Assembly (NCBI RefSeq): GCF_006345805.1
Contig: NC_043008.1
Location: 44,454,001-44,518,000, forward strand
Length of the DNA: 64,000 bases
Reading direction: 5' to 3'
Source of the DNA: Octopus sinensis
Lineage: Eukaryota
The position numbers were made by a program, and so were the translations under genes. Shown piece after piece: positions 27,979 to 42,437 of the stretch (position 1 is the first letter of the stretch; each line of letters begins with the position of its first letter). The notes beneath the pieces were generated by a model. The model worked only from the letters and a program-made list of their open reading frames with translations, was not told where the DNA came from and did not search any database.

Positions 27979-28387
27979 TGATTACAGACAAGAAACGAAA
28001 AGTTATTTATTCAAAAACTTAAACTGCAAATGAATAAATTGTAGTCCATGCATTAAATTCGAAACTCTGACAAATTGTTCGTAAATCGTCGATAAAATCA
28101 TTTGATAAACAAACAAAAACAAACGGAACTTCCAAATTAACTAATGACGTCATCTGCGGATTGGCCTACAGTTTGCTCTGGATGAATGAGACAACCAACA
28201 GTTTTGACGTCAGCAAGTAAACAATTGAATTCCCCAAATACATTGACCGACGTCACGATGGTACTAAACAATCAGAGATACTCTAAATTCACCAGAATAA
28301 ACTAAGAAACGATAGCAGCCAAGCGTAAAATCGGGCAGCCAGCTTCAATGGCTAACAATATCCATGAGACAGAAGGAACTGTTGTAA

Positions 28388-28771
28388 TCTCTCTATATAT
28401 AAACGGCAGTTTGTCTGTGTGTGTTTCTGTGTGTCTGTTAGGTTGTACCCTCACCCTGACCACGGCTTTCAACCGATTCTGATGAAACTTGACACACACA
28501 TAGCCCAATGTCATAATTCAAAACTAACGCAGCGAAAATTTTGAAAAGTTCCCCCAGTTCTGAAAAATATCGATAAATTCGACATGGGGTCGACAATCAG
28601 AAACACAACCACAGATGGTCTAGGGGACGCAACTCGACCTTTTTAACTATCAAAAAAATTTACCATCATTTTTTTCCCCATTTTAATTGCTATTTTTTGG
28701 CTATAACTCTCTAAAAATGCTTTATAGTTATTTCCCTTACAAATCCGAGCAACGCCGGGCGATACTGCTAG
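28388..28771 (+). mobile_element. Complete non-autonomous Helitron-type element (second subfamily)
   Basis: a|TCtctctatatataaa...ccgagcaacgccgggcgatactgCTAG|t, inserted in an AT dinucleotide. Confidence 0.85.
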
Positions 28772-28937
28772 TCTCTGATAAACGCCTTCTACAGATTTAG
28801 CTCAGACAAATAGGGTCCGGGCCAATGGCATTCTATATATTGCTACTTTCGTTGGTTACTGACGAATTTTCGGAAAGTGCATTTCCTACTTCCTTTTACC
28901 TTTCACCCTCTCTTTCACCTCTCCCATTCTCTCTCTT

Positions 28938-28981
<44 letters not shown>

Positions 28982-29028
28982 TCTTTGTGTGTGTATGTGT
29001 GTGTGTGTTTGTGTGTGTGTTTGTGTAT

Positions 29029-29230
29029 TACTCTTTTACTCTTTTACTTGTTTCAGTGATTTGACTGCGGCCATGCTGGAGCACCGCCTTTAGTCGAGCC
29101 CGGAACTTATTCTTTGTAAGCCCAGTACTTATTCAATCGGTCTCTTTTGCCGAACCGCTAAGTGACGGGGACGTAAACACACCAGCATCGGTTGTCAAGC
29201 AATGCTCGGGGGACAAACACAGACACACAA

Positions 29231-29265
<35 letters not shown>

Positions 29266-29434
29266 CATATATACGACAGGCTTCTTTCAGTTTCCGTCTA
29301 CCAAATCCACTCACAAGGCATTGGTCGGCCCGAGGCTATAGCAGAAGACACTTGTCCAAGATGCCACGCAGTGGGACTGAACCCGGAACCATGTGGTTGG
29401 TGAGCAAGCTACTTACCACACAGCCACTCCTGCG
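29029..29434 (-). mobile_element. SINE family B, full length with small internal deletion
   Basis: Reverse complement of the 27555 copy. Confidence 0.9.
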
Positions 29435-30429
29435 TGTGTGTGCTCAAAAATTACGCGCCAGAATATTTCTTTAACTTTATTAATAGCTTCTGTTAATTGT
29501 AGACGGCCGAAATTTCAATTCAAAATGTTTAGCATGCTTCCTAAATCTGTTATACCATGGAAAGACAGATTTTAACCCTTTTGTAAGATTTTTTTATATT
29601 TTTGAAAAGCAAACTTACGTTCTGTATCTAAGCTGAAATCACGTGTAGTATCTTTTCATTAAATATTTTCTAGAATTATGCAACAGCTAATCTCTCACAT
29701 GTAAGTTCTGATGAAAATCCGTTCTTTCATGTTTAGCTTTTTATATTCCTTTACCAACATGTTGATTAAACTCAGGAATTTAGGAATCACAAAATAATTC
29801 AGCGTAATCGTTCGGACAGCTTGAAAAACCAGCAAAATTTTCTCAAATGACAAATTCTCTTTCCAAGCACATAACAGAGAAATCTTTCTTAAATATACCG
29901 AAAAATAGACTGCCTGTTCATAGCTTGAATGGTCAAAGTTATTTACTGAGATTAGCCTGGGGTTCAACAAAACAATTGTTTAACGGCTGTTGGCCATAGT
30001 ATTAGGTTGATTCCACGTTCCACTCTTAGAATATTGTGCTTGATACAAAATTGTGGTTTACGTTATTACTTTATGTTAAAGTAACCATCCAGCCGAACCA
30101 TTAGCCTCCAAGGCGAAATGCTTACCGGCATTCTTTCGCAGTTTATTGCATTCTGAGCACATTCGTTACGTTTCTTTCAGTCTCAGTAGAAGTAAAGATT
30201 GGAGAAGAAAGCATGAACTAAGTCCTTCGCTCCAAACATATCTTCTGCATGTACATTGCGGATACATTGCTACTGCGTTAATTTGTAGACTTTCTCATTT
30301 CGTTTGGTCTTCTGTTCTTTTCTCTTCACATAGTTATGTAAAGTCTGGAAAAATACAGTATGCATCACACTAGGAAATGTATGTATGTATGTATATGTAT
30401 ATGTATGTATGTATATATGTATATATATT

Positions 30430-30570
30430 TCGTTTTGAGATTTGGTTTGCAAGATTCTTTATATGAGTTCGTGTGTTGAAGCATATTCTGTTGTGTCTGA
30501 GGAGAGTCATTTTTTGGGGTGCCTTATAATGTAACACACTCACCGGTAAAATTTCCACTTCTCATTTTTT
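30430..30570 (-). mobile_element. Partial copy of the 6228 repeat
   Basis: Reverse complement matches 6290-6415. Confidence 0.65.
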
Positions 30571-30635
30571 ATTTTATATTTTATTTTTTATTTCTTACTT
30601 CTTTCTTATTTCATATATATGCGTGTGTGTGTTTG

Positions 30636-30667
<32 letters not shown>

Positions 30668-32104
30668 ATTTGATTAATTTTAGTAATCGGATTCCGGCCA
30701 CTTTTACTCTACCCGCTCAAGGTTGATATATTCGTAGATACTGGCTCTGGTTTTGAATTGAGTCGGTTACTAATTTTATTGAGTTGAGTGGCGTGAAGTG
30801 ACGCCATTCAGTGTAATGTTTTATTCTGGTATCCATAAACACACATACTTACATCAACTCTTACACACACACACACACATACACATATATACATAAACAT
30901 ATAAACATACACACAGACATACACACGTACTTTATGTATGTAAGTTTTGTACGTATTTAAATGTGTATTTAATCATGTTTACTCGGGTGTTTTTCCCTGA
31001 CGTATATCGACCAAATTTATAAATAACGACGGGGAACTGAACGAACTGGAACTGTGCAATACAAAACAACATGCGTAGGTGTTTAATCTTTCTTCTCCAT
31101 GTAGCACGGACAATCCCTTGTCGCTCTGATCAAGTGAAATACTGAAACCAACGCCTGGACCATAATGCGATTTTAACACGTCCTAAGAAAATAATGTTTA
31201 CGCAATAGTGCTAAGTTTTTCATTATATTTTTTAATCTCCCATTAACTGTTATTTTAAGCACTTAATAATAACAATTGAGTCAAATAGTTATCCACATTC
31301 TTCATCTGATTTACAACCAAGACGGCCAAATCCTGACAGATAATTATTTTTATGTCCATCAAATATGTTCTTTGCTAATATGGATTTTAATTTGTACCAG
31401 CTTCCCATCAAAGGAACAACGAGTGCAATTTTCAGCGACCAATTTTGTTCATTGCGTTGTAAAATGAATTAAACGAGGCGGTAAAACTTCGCAATGTTAA
31501 TAATAACAATTCATTCACTAATTATTTTACATGTAGGGTATGCATTTTTCTCAAACAAAACTTCCCGTTTCAAAACAAAAGAACAATATAAACCCGTTTT
31601 ACTAATGAACGCAAATGGTTGTTTTCCTTCCGAATTGTGTAAAAGTAATCCTATTTACTCCATTATAATTATTCTAATATCACATTTTATTTGTTTTCAC
31701 AAAAACGTAATTTTAAGGAAATTTAAATTTTTAACAGAAATCTGTTAAAATGAACACATACATCTGATTACTTAATTCATTCTTCGATTTGATTTTTTGT
31801 AGCTTTTTGTCCTTTCGCCACTTAAGAAATAAATGGTTATATATCAGAAAGCGAACATTTCGAAATCCTCATACACTGCAAAATCTAATCAATATTTTTC
31901 AGTATGATGTGCGGAGCATGATGACAGCCTTCACTTGGTATCAGAGTCTGAGATTGTAAGCGTTCTACATTGTATTGTACATACACCTACGTATTTCTCA
32001 AAGCCATTTGCAAAGAAGTTATCTGCGTTTATGTGTGTGTATATATGTGTTTATGATGGCTGCCCCCTCGTTATCAAGTTTGGCCATTGCACGAAGCTTA
32101 ACTG

Positions 32105-32345
32105 TTATTGGTGCTGTGATCGAATGTGACTTTTTAGCCCAGCTAAAGATCTACAATGTCTTGTACAGAATTGACAGCTAAAATCTTTACTGGTAATAGC
32201 CGGCTGTAGTTGTAACTGGGCTTCATGTACCTTTGCATGTCGTTTAAGTCCTCCTGGCGAATTACACTCTCTTCCACATGCCTGACAGATATGATTTGTA
32301 TGGTGTGTAACACCACCACCAGTGGCCAGCTTGTCACTCTTCCGT
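32105..32345 (-). pseudogene. Two C2H2 zinc fingers, probably the C-terminus of an RTE-type LINE ORF
   Basis: CQACGRECNSPGGLKRHAKVH and CQFCTRHCRSLAGLKSHIRSQH. The CxxCxRxCxSxxGLxxH pattern is typical of RTE tails. Confidence 0.6.
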
Positions 32346-35300
32346 TTCACTTTATGACTGTGTTTATACCTACATATGTATATACGTATATAATAGATGC
32401 ATGCATTTGCAGATCTGTTTTCGGCGATGACATATTTAAAATAGTATTCCAATCCTAAGTGGTGTCATTTCTGTCAGTCTTGCCTCGTCTGGAATTCAAT
32501 TGCTTAAAACAGTGTAACGAGGCTTTTAAACAAATACATATTCTGGAGTTATTTGAATTATTGTTCCAATTTCTAGCTACAAAGCTGTTCATCCACGAGA
32601 AAAAATATAGTTCAGAAATATTAAAGTCTCAAAGGATCAGAACGGTATAAATAAATGTTCATTATTTCACTAGAAGTACCCATGGAAATTCGACAGCCGG
32701 TTTTGTGGTACAATGACAGCCATAAACATTTCCCCACTCGGTAATGACATCCTGTCATTTCCTTCGAATCCTTTGTGTAATTTCCAGGAAATTTTGCTTA
32801 TTCTCTTCAGTTCTGCTTTCTCCTCACTCCCGTTTCCTCATTCTGGTTTGTTGCAAAGTAATTTTGCCCATCAAAATTGTCTCGCTTCTGTTTTACCTTC
32901 AGTCTTGATTAACAATTCTCATTTATTTACTCCAGCTTCGTCGTTTGTATTGCGAAACACATTTTCTCAATTTCCCTCTGTTTGTCTGACTGTCTGTCTG
33001 CCTGTTTATCTTTCTCTTTCAATCTCTCTTTCTCTCTCTCTCTCTCACTCATATTCACCATCTATTATCCACTCCTCAAGAATCTATCACTAGCAATTTA
33101 ATAAAACATAGAAGAAGCTGATTGTCGTAGAATAGTTTAGTTTTGATGCAGCAGTTGTACTAATTGTAGTAAGGTGTATTTATAGCTACCGGGTTCTTTA
33201 CCTCAACGGATAAATAAAAGACACCATAGTCAAGGACTGCAAGAAATCTTCATTCTCTTCAAACATAGCAATAAGAAGCACATAAATATTTCTATAATTT
33301 CAAAGAAAAAGGTGTTTAGTCTAACCTGCGAGTAAGCTGCTATTTCTGATGAGAAAATATCAAAGTCTGACTAAGAACTCGCTGCACTTGTCGTTCTAAT
33401 TTTACTTTTCAACATGGGAATTAATACCAAAATATAATTAAAGATATGAAGCTATACTCGGTATGTATCGCTAATAATGAATATCCCATATGAACAATCT
33501 TCTTCTCATGTTGAATGTGTCTTATCATATACATTAAACGGAGGTCAATCCTGATTGAACTGATATGGGATCAAAGCTGTTCCCAACATCTACCACATCC
33601 TATGTATGGCATAAATAAACAGTAAACCGTTACGCCTATACTAATACACCACAATACGACGTAGCCTAATTATTAAATTCAAATAATCCAAACGAAAGGC
33701 ATCACAACATAAATATTAACGGTTCCACTACTTGTTTAAGATTACATATATATATATGTGTGTGTGTTTGTGTGTGTAAGTATGTATGTAGAGTATATAT
33801 ATATATATAAGTATGTATGTGTATATATACATACATATATACATATATATATGTACATGTATATGTATGTATGTAGTGTATATATATGTATGCTTATATA
33901 CATATACATATATACATATATATGTATGTGTATATATACATGTATATACATAAATAGATACATATATACATTCATACACACACACATATATATTGTATCT
34001 ATATGGATGTATGTATATGCATGCATATATTTGTAAGGATTTACATTGGATATTATATACATATTCCGTACAAAATATTTTATATCCGAGAAAGCCACAT
34101 CAACACAAGCATTCTTTCAAATCTCTGACAACACCGTTTCCATTCCACTTAAGAAGAAATCACTTCAAATCTATTCGTTCTTTTGTTGGGTCTTTTTCGA
34201 ATGTTTATTCAGCATCCAAACAAACATGGGTATGATAGTTTTATTGTTGTTGTTGTTGTTTTTTTATGTTAAACAATAAAAGAAAAGACAAACTAACAAT
34301 GTAAATTACAATTCAACATGAATAAACTAGACAAAATTAACTGTTCTTTTCTGCAGACAAAAGGTTTAACCGGATATAAATGACACAGCTGCAGGATTAC
34401 AAGAAAGCTGCAAGCAGATACATTGAATGAGTTCATGGTTTTCTTTTTAAGAAAGACAAATATTTATTTTATTTCAATATGAAGGTAGATGGTAGACATA
34501 TTATTTTTCATCATCCCCGTAGCAAATTCTTCAATATTTATTAATCTACTTATTTTCGTTGCTATGGAAGTATGTTACACTACATTTTATAATAATATCG
34601 AAATAAAACGCACTGCTGTCACACGTTAAACCACCAAACCTTGTTCCTAGCACATTTTTCTGTCAACCGTTTTTGTAATTATGCCTGCCGTTCCTCTGCC
34701 AAATGATCAGAACGTCCGAAATATATTTTCCCATGCCTCAACACAATTAGGAACAGTCATAAAATATTTTAATCTCATTGTATATATTTCTATATAAATA
34801 TTTTAGTTTAATTCTATATAAATCCTGTAGTCTGATTCTATATACTTCTATATAAAGGATTTGGTCTCATTCTATATATTGCAATGATGCAAGGCTGCAA
34901 TTTGCCATGCAATGAGTGCATAAAGTTGAAAATACGGGAAGAACAAGCTTTTGCATATCATGCATCTGGTCAATGATTTAAAAGTAGTGAAAAATGACAT
35001 GACGTTTCTGACGTTAATCCTTTATCAGAAAAGTAAACGAATGAGAAAATGTGGTGGGAAAAATATTTACAAACATGAGAAAGTGTCATTGATTTTAAAA
35101 AGAGGACATGTTTAAGGGAATGTGATGTTACAGGGGGAAATAAGAAGATTGGAGAAAGCGCTGGGGTGTGTATAATATGTGGAAGACCTTCAAAGTTGAG
35201 GTAAAATCATCCAAATTTTATATATATATTTCCACTATATTAATATGTTCTAGAGTGGTCTCTGTTGTAGTGAAATTATTGGGTGTCGTAATCATTATGA

Positions 35301-35619
35301 TCTCAAGAAACGTGGCCAGGTGATTTGAATTTCGGGTTCAGAATCACAAGTTCAATTATTGAAACTTCACATCATATTGCTCACTCAACTCAGCTGTAAT
35401 GAGTATCATTTGTGTATTGGTGTAACCCTCTCAATCTACAACTGTTATATCCTAGGACTTCTACTGGATCATGGGTGAGGTGGAGCTAATACTTTGTACA
35501 CATTATGTCTTGACAATATTAGCACCTAACAAATTAGCAAAAGTATCGTACACTTAACCAAGGAACACCGGATTACGACTGAGGACCGACTGAATCATAT
35601 TTTAATTATTACCGCAATA

Positions 35620-36000
35620 TCATGTGTCGTCATGGCAATGGTTTTTCTGCTTTCTATTGTCCCATGCTCATAATGTTATCTATATTGCCATGAAAGTATT
35701 ATCTCCGCTGTATACTGTTATATTAATGTATCCTTTAGTCATCACAATATTGCTATCTCTCATAGAAGACGCTATATTAATTTCAACACCACCTGATTGT
35801 AGCTTCTGCTTGGAACGACTCACATGTATCACATACTTGGATAATATTACTTTAGTTATATAAATCCGGTTAGTGTCTCTTATATCCGCTAACATATCCT
35901 TGTTTGTTATCGTTGCCACGCGGTTCCTATCTCCTATATTTGGCCTGATATTAATATATCCTTCAGTGGCCATTACTGTAGAGTTTTCTAGTTTTCGCTT
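35620..36000 (-). pseudogene. Possible degenerate LINE apurinic endonuclease fragment
   Basis: SRSKQKLQSGGVEINI..INITVYSG loosely resembles R.DR..GGGV.I..VYRPP. Confidence 0.35.
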
Positions 36001-36359
36001 GTTGCTAAAACGCTAATATCTTCTGCAGACCTCATGATATTAATGTCACCTGTATTTACCTCGACATAATTTACCCTGTAGTTACTTTATATTCCCAAGA
36101 CATCTTCAATGTCTTACAAAGTATTTTTCCTTTTCTTCTTGGCTACTTCAAATGCAAATTATATTTAAACGATTGCACTGGGAACATATATTCCTAGAGT
36201 TGGCAAAAACTACTTTATTTAGGCTTCTGTATGAAAAGCAACTAGTTTATCGACAGTGACTTGGAGTTGACATCCACATAATACCCTTACTACGAAACAT
36301 GTTATCTTTAATCATCCCCAGGAAAAAGGAATTCAATCCTTCCCTGCTTGCATAATTAG

Positions 36360-36900
36360 ACACTTAGATACATTGACATGTTTCGGCCGCAATGGGCCGA
36401 ACCACAACTAACTGAATGGCACCAGTTGGAAAAGACATTTAATGATGCTTCATATAACAGTAATACTCTGGCACCATAACCCATTCGGCGAAAAATGTAT
36501 TGTTTGCACTGATATATCCAGTTAGGTAATTTATCTGGAATTTCTTGGAGGTATTCATCCAGTACGCATCTGAATTCTATGAGATGATCTTTTTCTACCT
36601 TCTTCTGTCTTGGCATGATATTAAAGGGATTCGGGCCGGCTGAGATGAAATAGTCCGTCTTAGTGCTGTGAAGTGACGCAAGTATAATTTTTCTAATCCT
36701 TAGATGAATTTTAAACTTGATGCCATCATCATTTGCGAAATTCTGTTGGAATATTTTCCCCATCATGCAAATGATATAGCGCTTACGGCAGCGTTGAAAG
36801 GAATAAAGGTTGAGGTTCTCGAGCCGATGCCAATAATCAAAACCTACCATGTCGTCAATCAGTTCAATCCCTCTGTCGCTGTGACTGACACAAACTGATA
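36360..36900 (-). mobile_element. CR1/L2-group LINE RT C-terminus and 3' UTR
   Basis: ORF 36356-36850: YWHRLENLNLYSFQRCRKRY..GPNPFNIMP..LDEYLQEIPD, typical of RT C-terminal regions. Confidence 0.75.
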
Positions 36901-37959
36901 TTTAAGGAAATACACCACGCCTGATTTTGATTGTGTTCTTTTATTAGAGATGTCTAATAGAAGCATATGACCTTGTATTTTTAAAGTTTGGTGAAAACTA
37001 TCAGATCTACCTCAGGTATACAAATGTTACTTATTTCATTGAGCTCGGGAGAGCGAAGGAAAACAATCTTATCATGGCAGAATTGAAACGCAGGAAGTAA
37101 CGATGCTCAACTCTATTTCGAAAGAACTTTTGTTCGTCACGAAGTCGATATTGTCATTATTTACATGAAAATATTTAAGGTGAGAGAAGGTAATTGGAAC
37201 TAATATGATTGTAAACTTTGTCAAAGCCATATTTAATCAGTTAGTGTAGTTAGAGTTAAAATATAACAAACGACAGCCTCGCTAGAGTGAAATATATAGA
37301 ATGTGACTACAACACCAGTATTCTATTACCGTTCCTTACTAAACAATTTGCGTAATGATACCCTAAGCTAGCATGTCCTAATTAAATTATTCATGATTTA
37401 GCTGAAGTGAAATAGGAAATATAAAAATATTCTACATTCCACAGTTTCTTCACTTCGATAATAAATATCCAGCACCGTGTCCTAACATCTTTCATGTCTT
37501 ATTCAATTTTGACCTGTTGGCTGATAAATTCCGCTTCCATGATTTAATCACAGTTGCGCTATACAGATACCTATTTACTGGCCACTGTCAAACTTAATTT
37601 GGACTCTATCAATATGTTATACCTATTAGATCAAGCCTGCTATTTCGCTGTTACAAGCTAAAGATTAATGAGTCCAATTTTACCAGTTACTCATATAGTT
37701 TAATACCTTCACTTCTCATACACATCTGTTTTATCGGAAATTATACTGAAACCGACGTATAATAGAGCATTGATAAATACTTCAAAACATATGCTAATCG
37801 AGCTCTTCCTTTATCATGCAGCTACTACCTCAAGTTGCCATAGAATTGGTATTTCTATTGGATATAGAAACAGTGGAATGTGAGTAAGTGCTGTCTCAAT
37901 GTTTATCTTCATTACAATATTTTCTGTTGTATATTTCATTATATTATTTCTTTCAAACG

Positions 37960-38080
37960 TTATACGGCTGCTTCGCTTTCAATGCATCGCTTCCCGTCTG
38001 ATCACCGAATTTAAGCAACGTCGAGCTTGGTTAGTATTAAGATGGGTAACCGACTTGGAAAATCTCGGTACAGCAAGCAT
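37960..38080 (+). pseudogene. 5S rRNA-derived sequence (pseudogene or SINE3-like head)
   Basis: cccgtctgatcaccgaatttaagcaacgtcgagcttggttagtattaagatgggtaaccg aligns with invertebrate 5S (box A/IE/box C region). The helix ends are decayed. Confidence 0.8.
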
Positions 38081-39272
38081 CACATTTTGTGAAAGCGGGT
38101 GATGAGGTTGTTTAGCTCAAGTCCGAAAGGTTTCGATTCCATTTGTCGTTGTGTCATTAAGAAAGGTGCTTCTTTTCACGTTTCCCTGATTTATTCACCG
38201 GAACATCAGTTCCAGCTGGAGCAGCTTCTCTCCCTCTATCTGAAATTTGTTGGTTATGTCGCTGGATCAGAGGAAAGGAGGATCGAAAGGGTGTCTAAGT
38301 GCGCTCGTGACTATGTAGGCATATAAAACATTTAGCGAAAGGGTGAAGCACATTCGTTTGCAGCTGAATAGTGGCTCTCTTTCTCTTCCCCTTCTTAACC
38401 TTTCGTCCTCAATCAGTCCCTCCCCAACGAGGTGACCATATGAGAACAAAACACACATCTCTCTCAAATCACACCGATACATAATCTTAAACGAAACTGA
38501 ACTCATGGACTTATTGCATATTATCAGAGAAAAGAAGCACTTAATGAAGTGGCGTGATGATCAAGGCTGAAATGCCTCTAATCGTAGGTCTATTCAACCA
38601 GACTGCCATCAACACTAAACGACACCATCGTTTAACATCGCTACTAACATGTATGCACACAGCTATCTATAATCTTACCGAAATCACTTCCTCTGCGAGA
38701 GATATAATAATCAGCATTGGAAATTCAGATAGAGCAGTGTCTTCAGATATACATGTAAAGCTATACCAAAGTTTAACAATGGTGGATTCCAGTTGGTATT
38801 AAGACAGAAGCTTTTAGCATTGGAAGATAATCCAATGGATTTGTGATTACAATAACAATGCGATATCAATTTATGATGCCGTTTTTCTAGTATTTCTTGT
38901 GCTTGTTATTATTGTTACTGTTGTTGCTGTTCAGTTGACGAAACAGTTTCCATTCTTGCTGGTCCCACAAATACAATAGCTATTCTGTCCTTCTTTAACT
39001 GAAGGATGGTGCGCCCTTTTTTGCATCTATTTCTTACTATTTCAAAAACACTCTACAAGTCCCTTCGTTAGGTTGTATGACCACCTGGGGTTTCCATCGT
39101 GGGAAACCACCATCCTAATATCCTTTGAACCCTATGAATGTGACAAGGGATTCAGCAGGTTAAATTTGGTAGCCAGTTCCCAAAGAAGGAAATGTGAAAC
39201 TGAAACAGTTATCCTAGAACTATTCCATACGGAGTTTATATTTCAACTGACAAACAGGCAAACAAATATACA

Positions 39273-39350
<78 letters not shown>

Positions 39351-40094
39351 TAGGGAGAGAGGGATTTGAAATCGTTCGTTACCGGTGTAAGAAAGACCGT
39401 GTTCAGGAGTCGTCATTTGAGATGTTCTTTTCCTTTTTAATCGATATGTGCGTAGATATGGGTGTGGGGAATTTGTTAGAAAGCATATATCAGATATTTT
39501 TGGAGGAGTTTTTAATGAAAACAAGGATTAAATAAACTGGTGTTTTCTGGAATGGTCAAACATTTTATCAATAAATTAGTTTTACGTCTTTGAGAGCCTG
39601 ACAGGGATTTTGCTTAACTGTTCGACTGCTTAGCAATAGGATTACCTAAGATCTCACTGAGAAAATACCAAGAAATATGAGGAAGCAACAGATTAGAGAG
39701 CTTTCCGGTCTATAAAAGCCCAAAACATTATGAAAATTGCGGGAAGGAAATCAAAATAATTTTTATAAAAATATTTTAACCAAACGAAACGTGTAAAAAA
39801 AGTGTTTTTTTATTAAATACTTATTTTTCCAGATAAACGAGGTTAAGCAATCATTTTCTATTTATTATTAATGATGTTTTTATTTGTGTTACTAAAATTA
39901 CTGGAAAAATTAACTCTTCAACAATCAATACACGACAAATACCAATATACACACACACTCATATATATGCGTTATATAACCCTGTCTGCCATTTAAAGTC
40001 TAAAGGCAACAATATGTTGTAATTGGCAAAACGTTTGGCATTGATGATTTGTCATCAAGTCAACGATCCCAGAAAACACTTCTTTCCTTCGTTT

Positions 40095-40320
40095 TCGGAT
40101 TTGTTTTGCAAGATTCTTTGTGTGAGTTCGCGTGTTGAAGCATATTTTGTTATATCTATGTCTGGGGAGAATAATTCTGTTTTAGTGCCTTGTAATTTAA
40201 CACACTCATCGGTAAAATTTCTACTCATTTACTTATTTATTTTTCTAGAATTTACGTTGCGTCTTACCACTTTTTTAATAGTTGAAAATGTTGCAAGACG
40301 CAACAAGAACTTTTAAAAAT
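40095..40320 (-). mobile_element. Copy of the 6228 repeat with a small terminal inversion
   Basis: ttgcaagattctttg..gtgttgaagcatatt..ggagaataatt..cggtaaaattt, ending in an inverted duplicate gttgcgtctt/aagacgcaac. Confidence 0.6.
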
Positions 40321-41644
40321 ATATATAGGTAGGCATAGGAGTGGCTGTACGAAATGTGCAGCAATACAAGGAAGCGCATTGTGACCAGCGGTAGCTTGGT
40401 TGATACAATGACAGTAATACACACACATTCACACAAACACACACGCACGCACATAAACACACACTCCTAGACATAAGCACGTGCACACATTCACACACTA
40501 TAAGCACGGGCACGTATATTTGTCTGAGGTTCAATAAAATGGATAGTAACCACCCTACAGTATTTTACTTTGAATAATGCTCATGAGAACTGCCCATATC
40601 CTACGTAAAATACTGTCTATGTAATGTCAAATTTTAAAACAAACACATAATTTTCTTATGGTTTCTTAAACATTCTCTAGAACTACACTATGTAGCAGAC
40701 CTAATATATGGCACCCTAGGCATATCACCAACATGAACTTCTAACTTGTGGCCCCTTGAGGGCTTTGGGTGAGACGTGGATTCAACTTGTACAAATGTAA
40801 AGCAAAAGTCAAACATAAGATAATAACAATAATAAACTGAAATACAAGAAAATTTGTTAAAGAGCCCAGAGTCTGGATGGGGAAGGCGGAAATAACTTAT
40901 TCAAATACAGTATGGAATCGGCGTCTCGGGAGGCGCCAAAACGAAATGTGGTCTTAGTCAAAAGCCACCATTCCTACTTGTGACTATGAAACTCTCCAGA
41001 CAATGAGTCAGTTTCTGCTGTTCTCGTTACCGGGTTCTCTTTGTAGTTGGATTATTTGAGAAATAATAGAAAGAATCCGCAAGATTTCGTTAAAAAATGG
41101 ACAGCTTTGATATAGGCAGGAAATATTAATAATATGTCTAACAGTTGATCTGAGATTAATAATAGCAACAACAACAACAACCAGCCTTCTTTCTATAAAG
41201 CAACTGATGTTCATATATATTTAATAAGATGCACTAGTTTATTAGATTGTTGACTCTATAACATGAGATTATGCCATATTTTCTCTTAATATATGTTTTT
41301 TTTTCTCTCTCTTTTTATAACGAATATATAATCCGCTTTGACATTTGCTTCAAGACATGCTGTGAAAACATATATATTCATAATTGATAAATATATATCA
41401 CAACATGAAACGTTCATACTTCATTATAAATCAATACGTCAACAGCACAAAGTACTTTTATACACGTTTTGCTGAATTCTGAATATTTCTTCTGTTTTGA
41501 TTAGGTGTTGGCATTACGGTTAAGAAATATTGTTTGCAATCTCGGAGATTTCGAGTTCAATTCCTTCATGTGGCAAAGTGGCTAAATGTCTACACACGTG
41601 ACTGTGAATCATATGATACAAAGAGAGCGAAATTGTATTGATGA

Positions 41645-41968
41645 AATTATAACTGGCACTTCGTCGGCTACGACGATGAGTGTTTTAGTTTATCAAATCA
41701 ACTGAAAAGCCTGCTTGTAAAATTAACATGCAAATAGCCGAGCCCTCCACAGAGACGCATAGCCTTAATGTAGTTCCCAGGGAAATTGAGCGGGTCAAAG
41801 AATACGACGAGGCTGGCCCTTTGAGATACTACTCATTTTTGTCATCAGTGTGGGGCTGGAGCATCGTGGAGTGAAGTGACTTGCTGAAAGACACAAAGCA
41901 CTGCCAGGTATCGAACTCATAACCTCATGATCGTGAGTCGAACACCGAAAGCACTGAGCCATGCGCCT
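41645..41968 (-). mobile_element. Diverged SINE family C-related copy
   Basis: Head aggcgcatggctcagtg..gagttcgatacctgg on the minus strand. Confidence 0.65.
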
Positions 41969-42061
41969 TTAAATATTAACGAAGACGATACGAAAAGCTA
42001 ATGGACGGATGCTGATTGTGTTTAGATTATGTATTTCTTTACTACCCACAAGGGGCTAAAC

Positions 42062-42437
42062 GCAGTATCACCCGGCGTTGCTCGGGTTTGTTTCGACCTT
42101 TTAGAATTGGAATTTTTGAAAAGCAAACATTTTGCATTATGTAGCTTGTTATTCTCTTTAAGTGAACATTTTTCTGGTTGAAATACACTGAAAAATGGTG
42201 ACACAGCAGTAAAAAAGTTCTTTAAAAGTAGGGATTTTTATAGAAAAAATGCACCTTTTTGAAGTAAATAATTTTTCGTATTAACACGGTCCGATTTTAT
42301 TTTTTTTCTTCTACGGATGGAAGAACGAACCTTCTTCTATCATACTCTTAACTTTGGTCAACTTGCGCCACAGGGTCGCGGAGGAGATAGTGTTAGTTGA
42401 TGGCTACCAAACCTGCCATATACAGACAACTTCAGCT

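Noticed and set aside
32105-32452. Host C2H2 zinc-finger gene
   Set aside because: Only two fingers, no TGEKP linkers, no credible start or exon context. The pattern fits a retroelement tail better.
37960-38080. Functional 5S rRNA gene
   Set aside because: Many substitutions disrupt the terminal helix and it is a single isolated copy. Called a relic.
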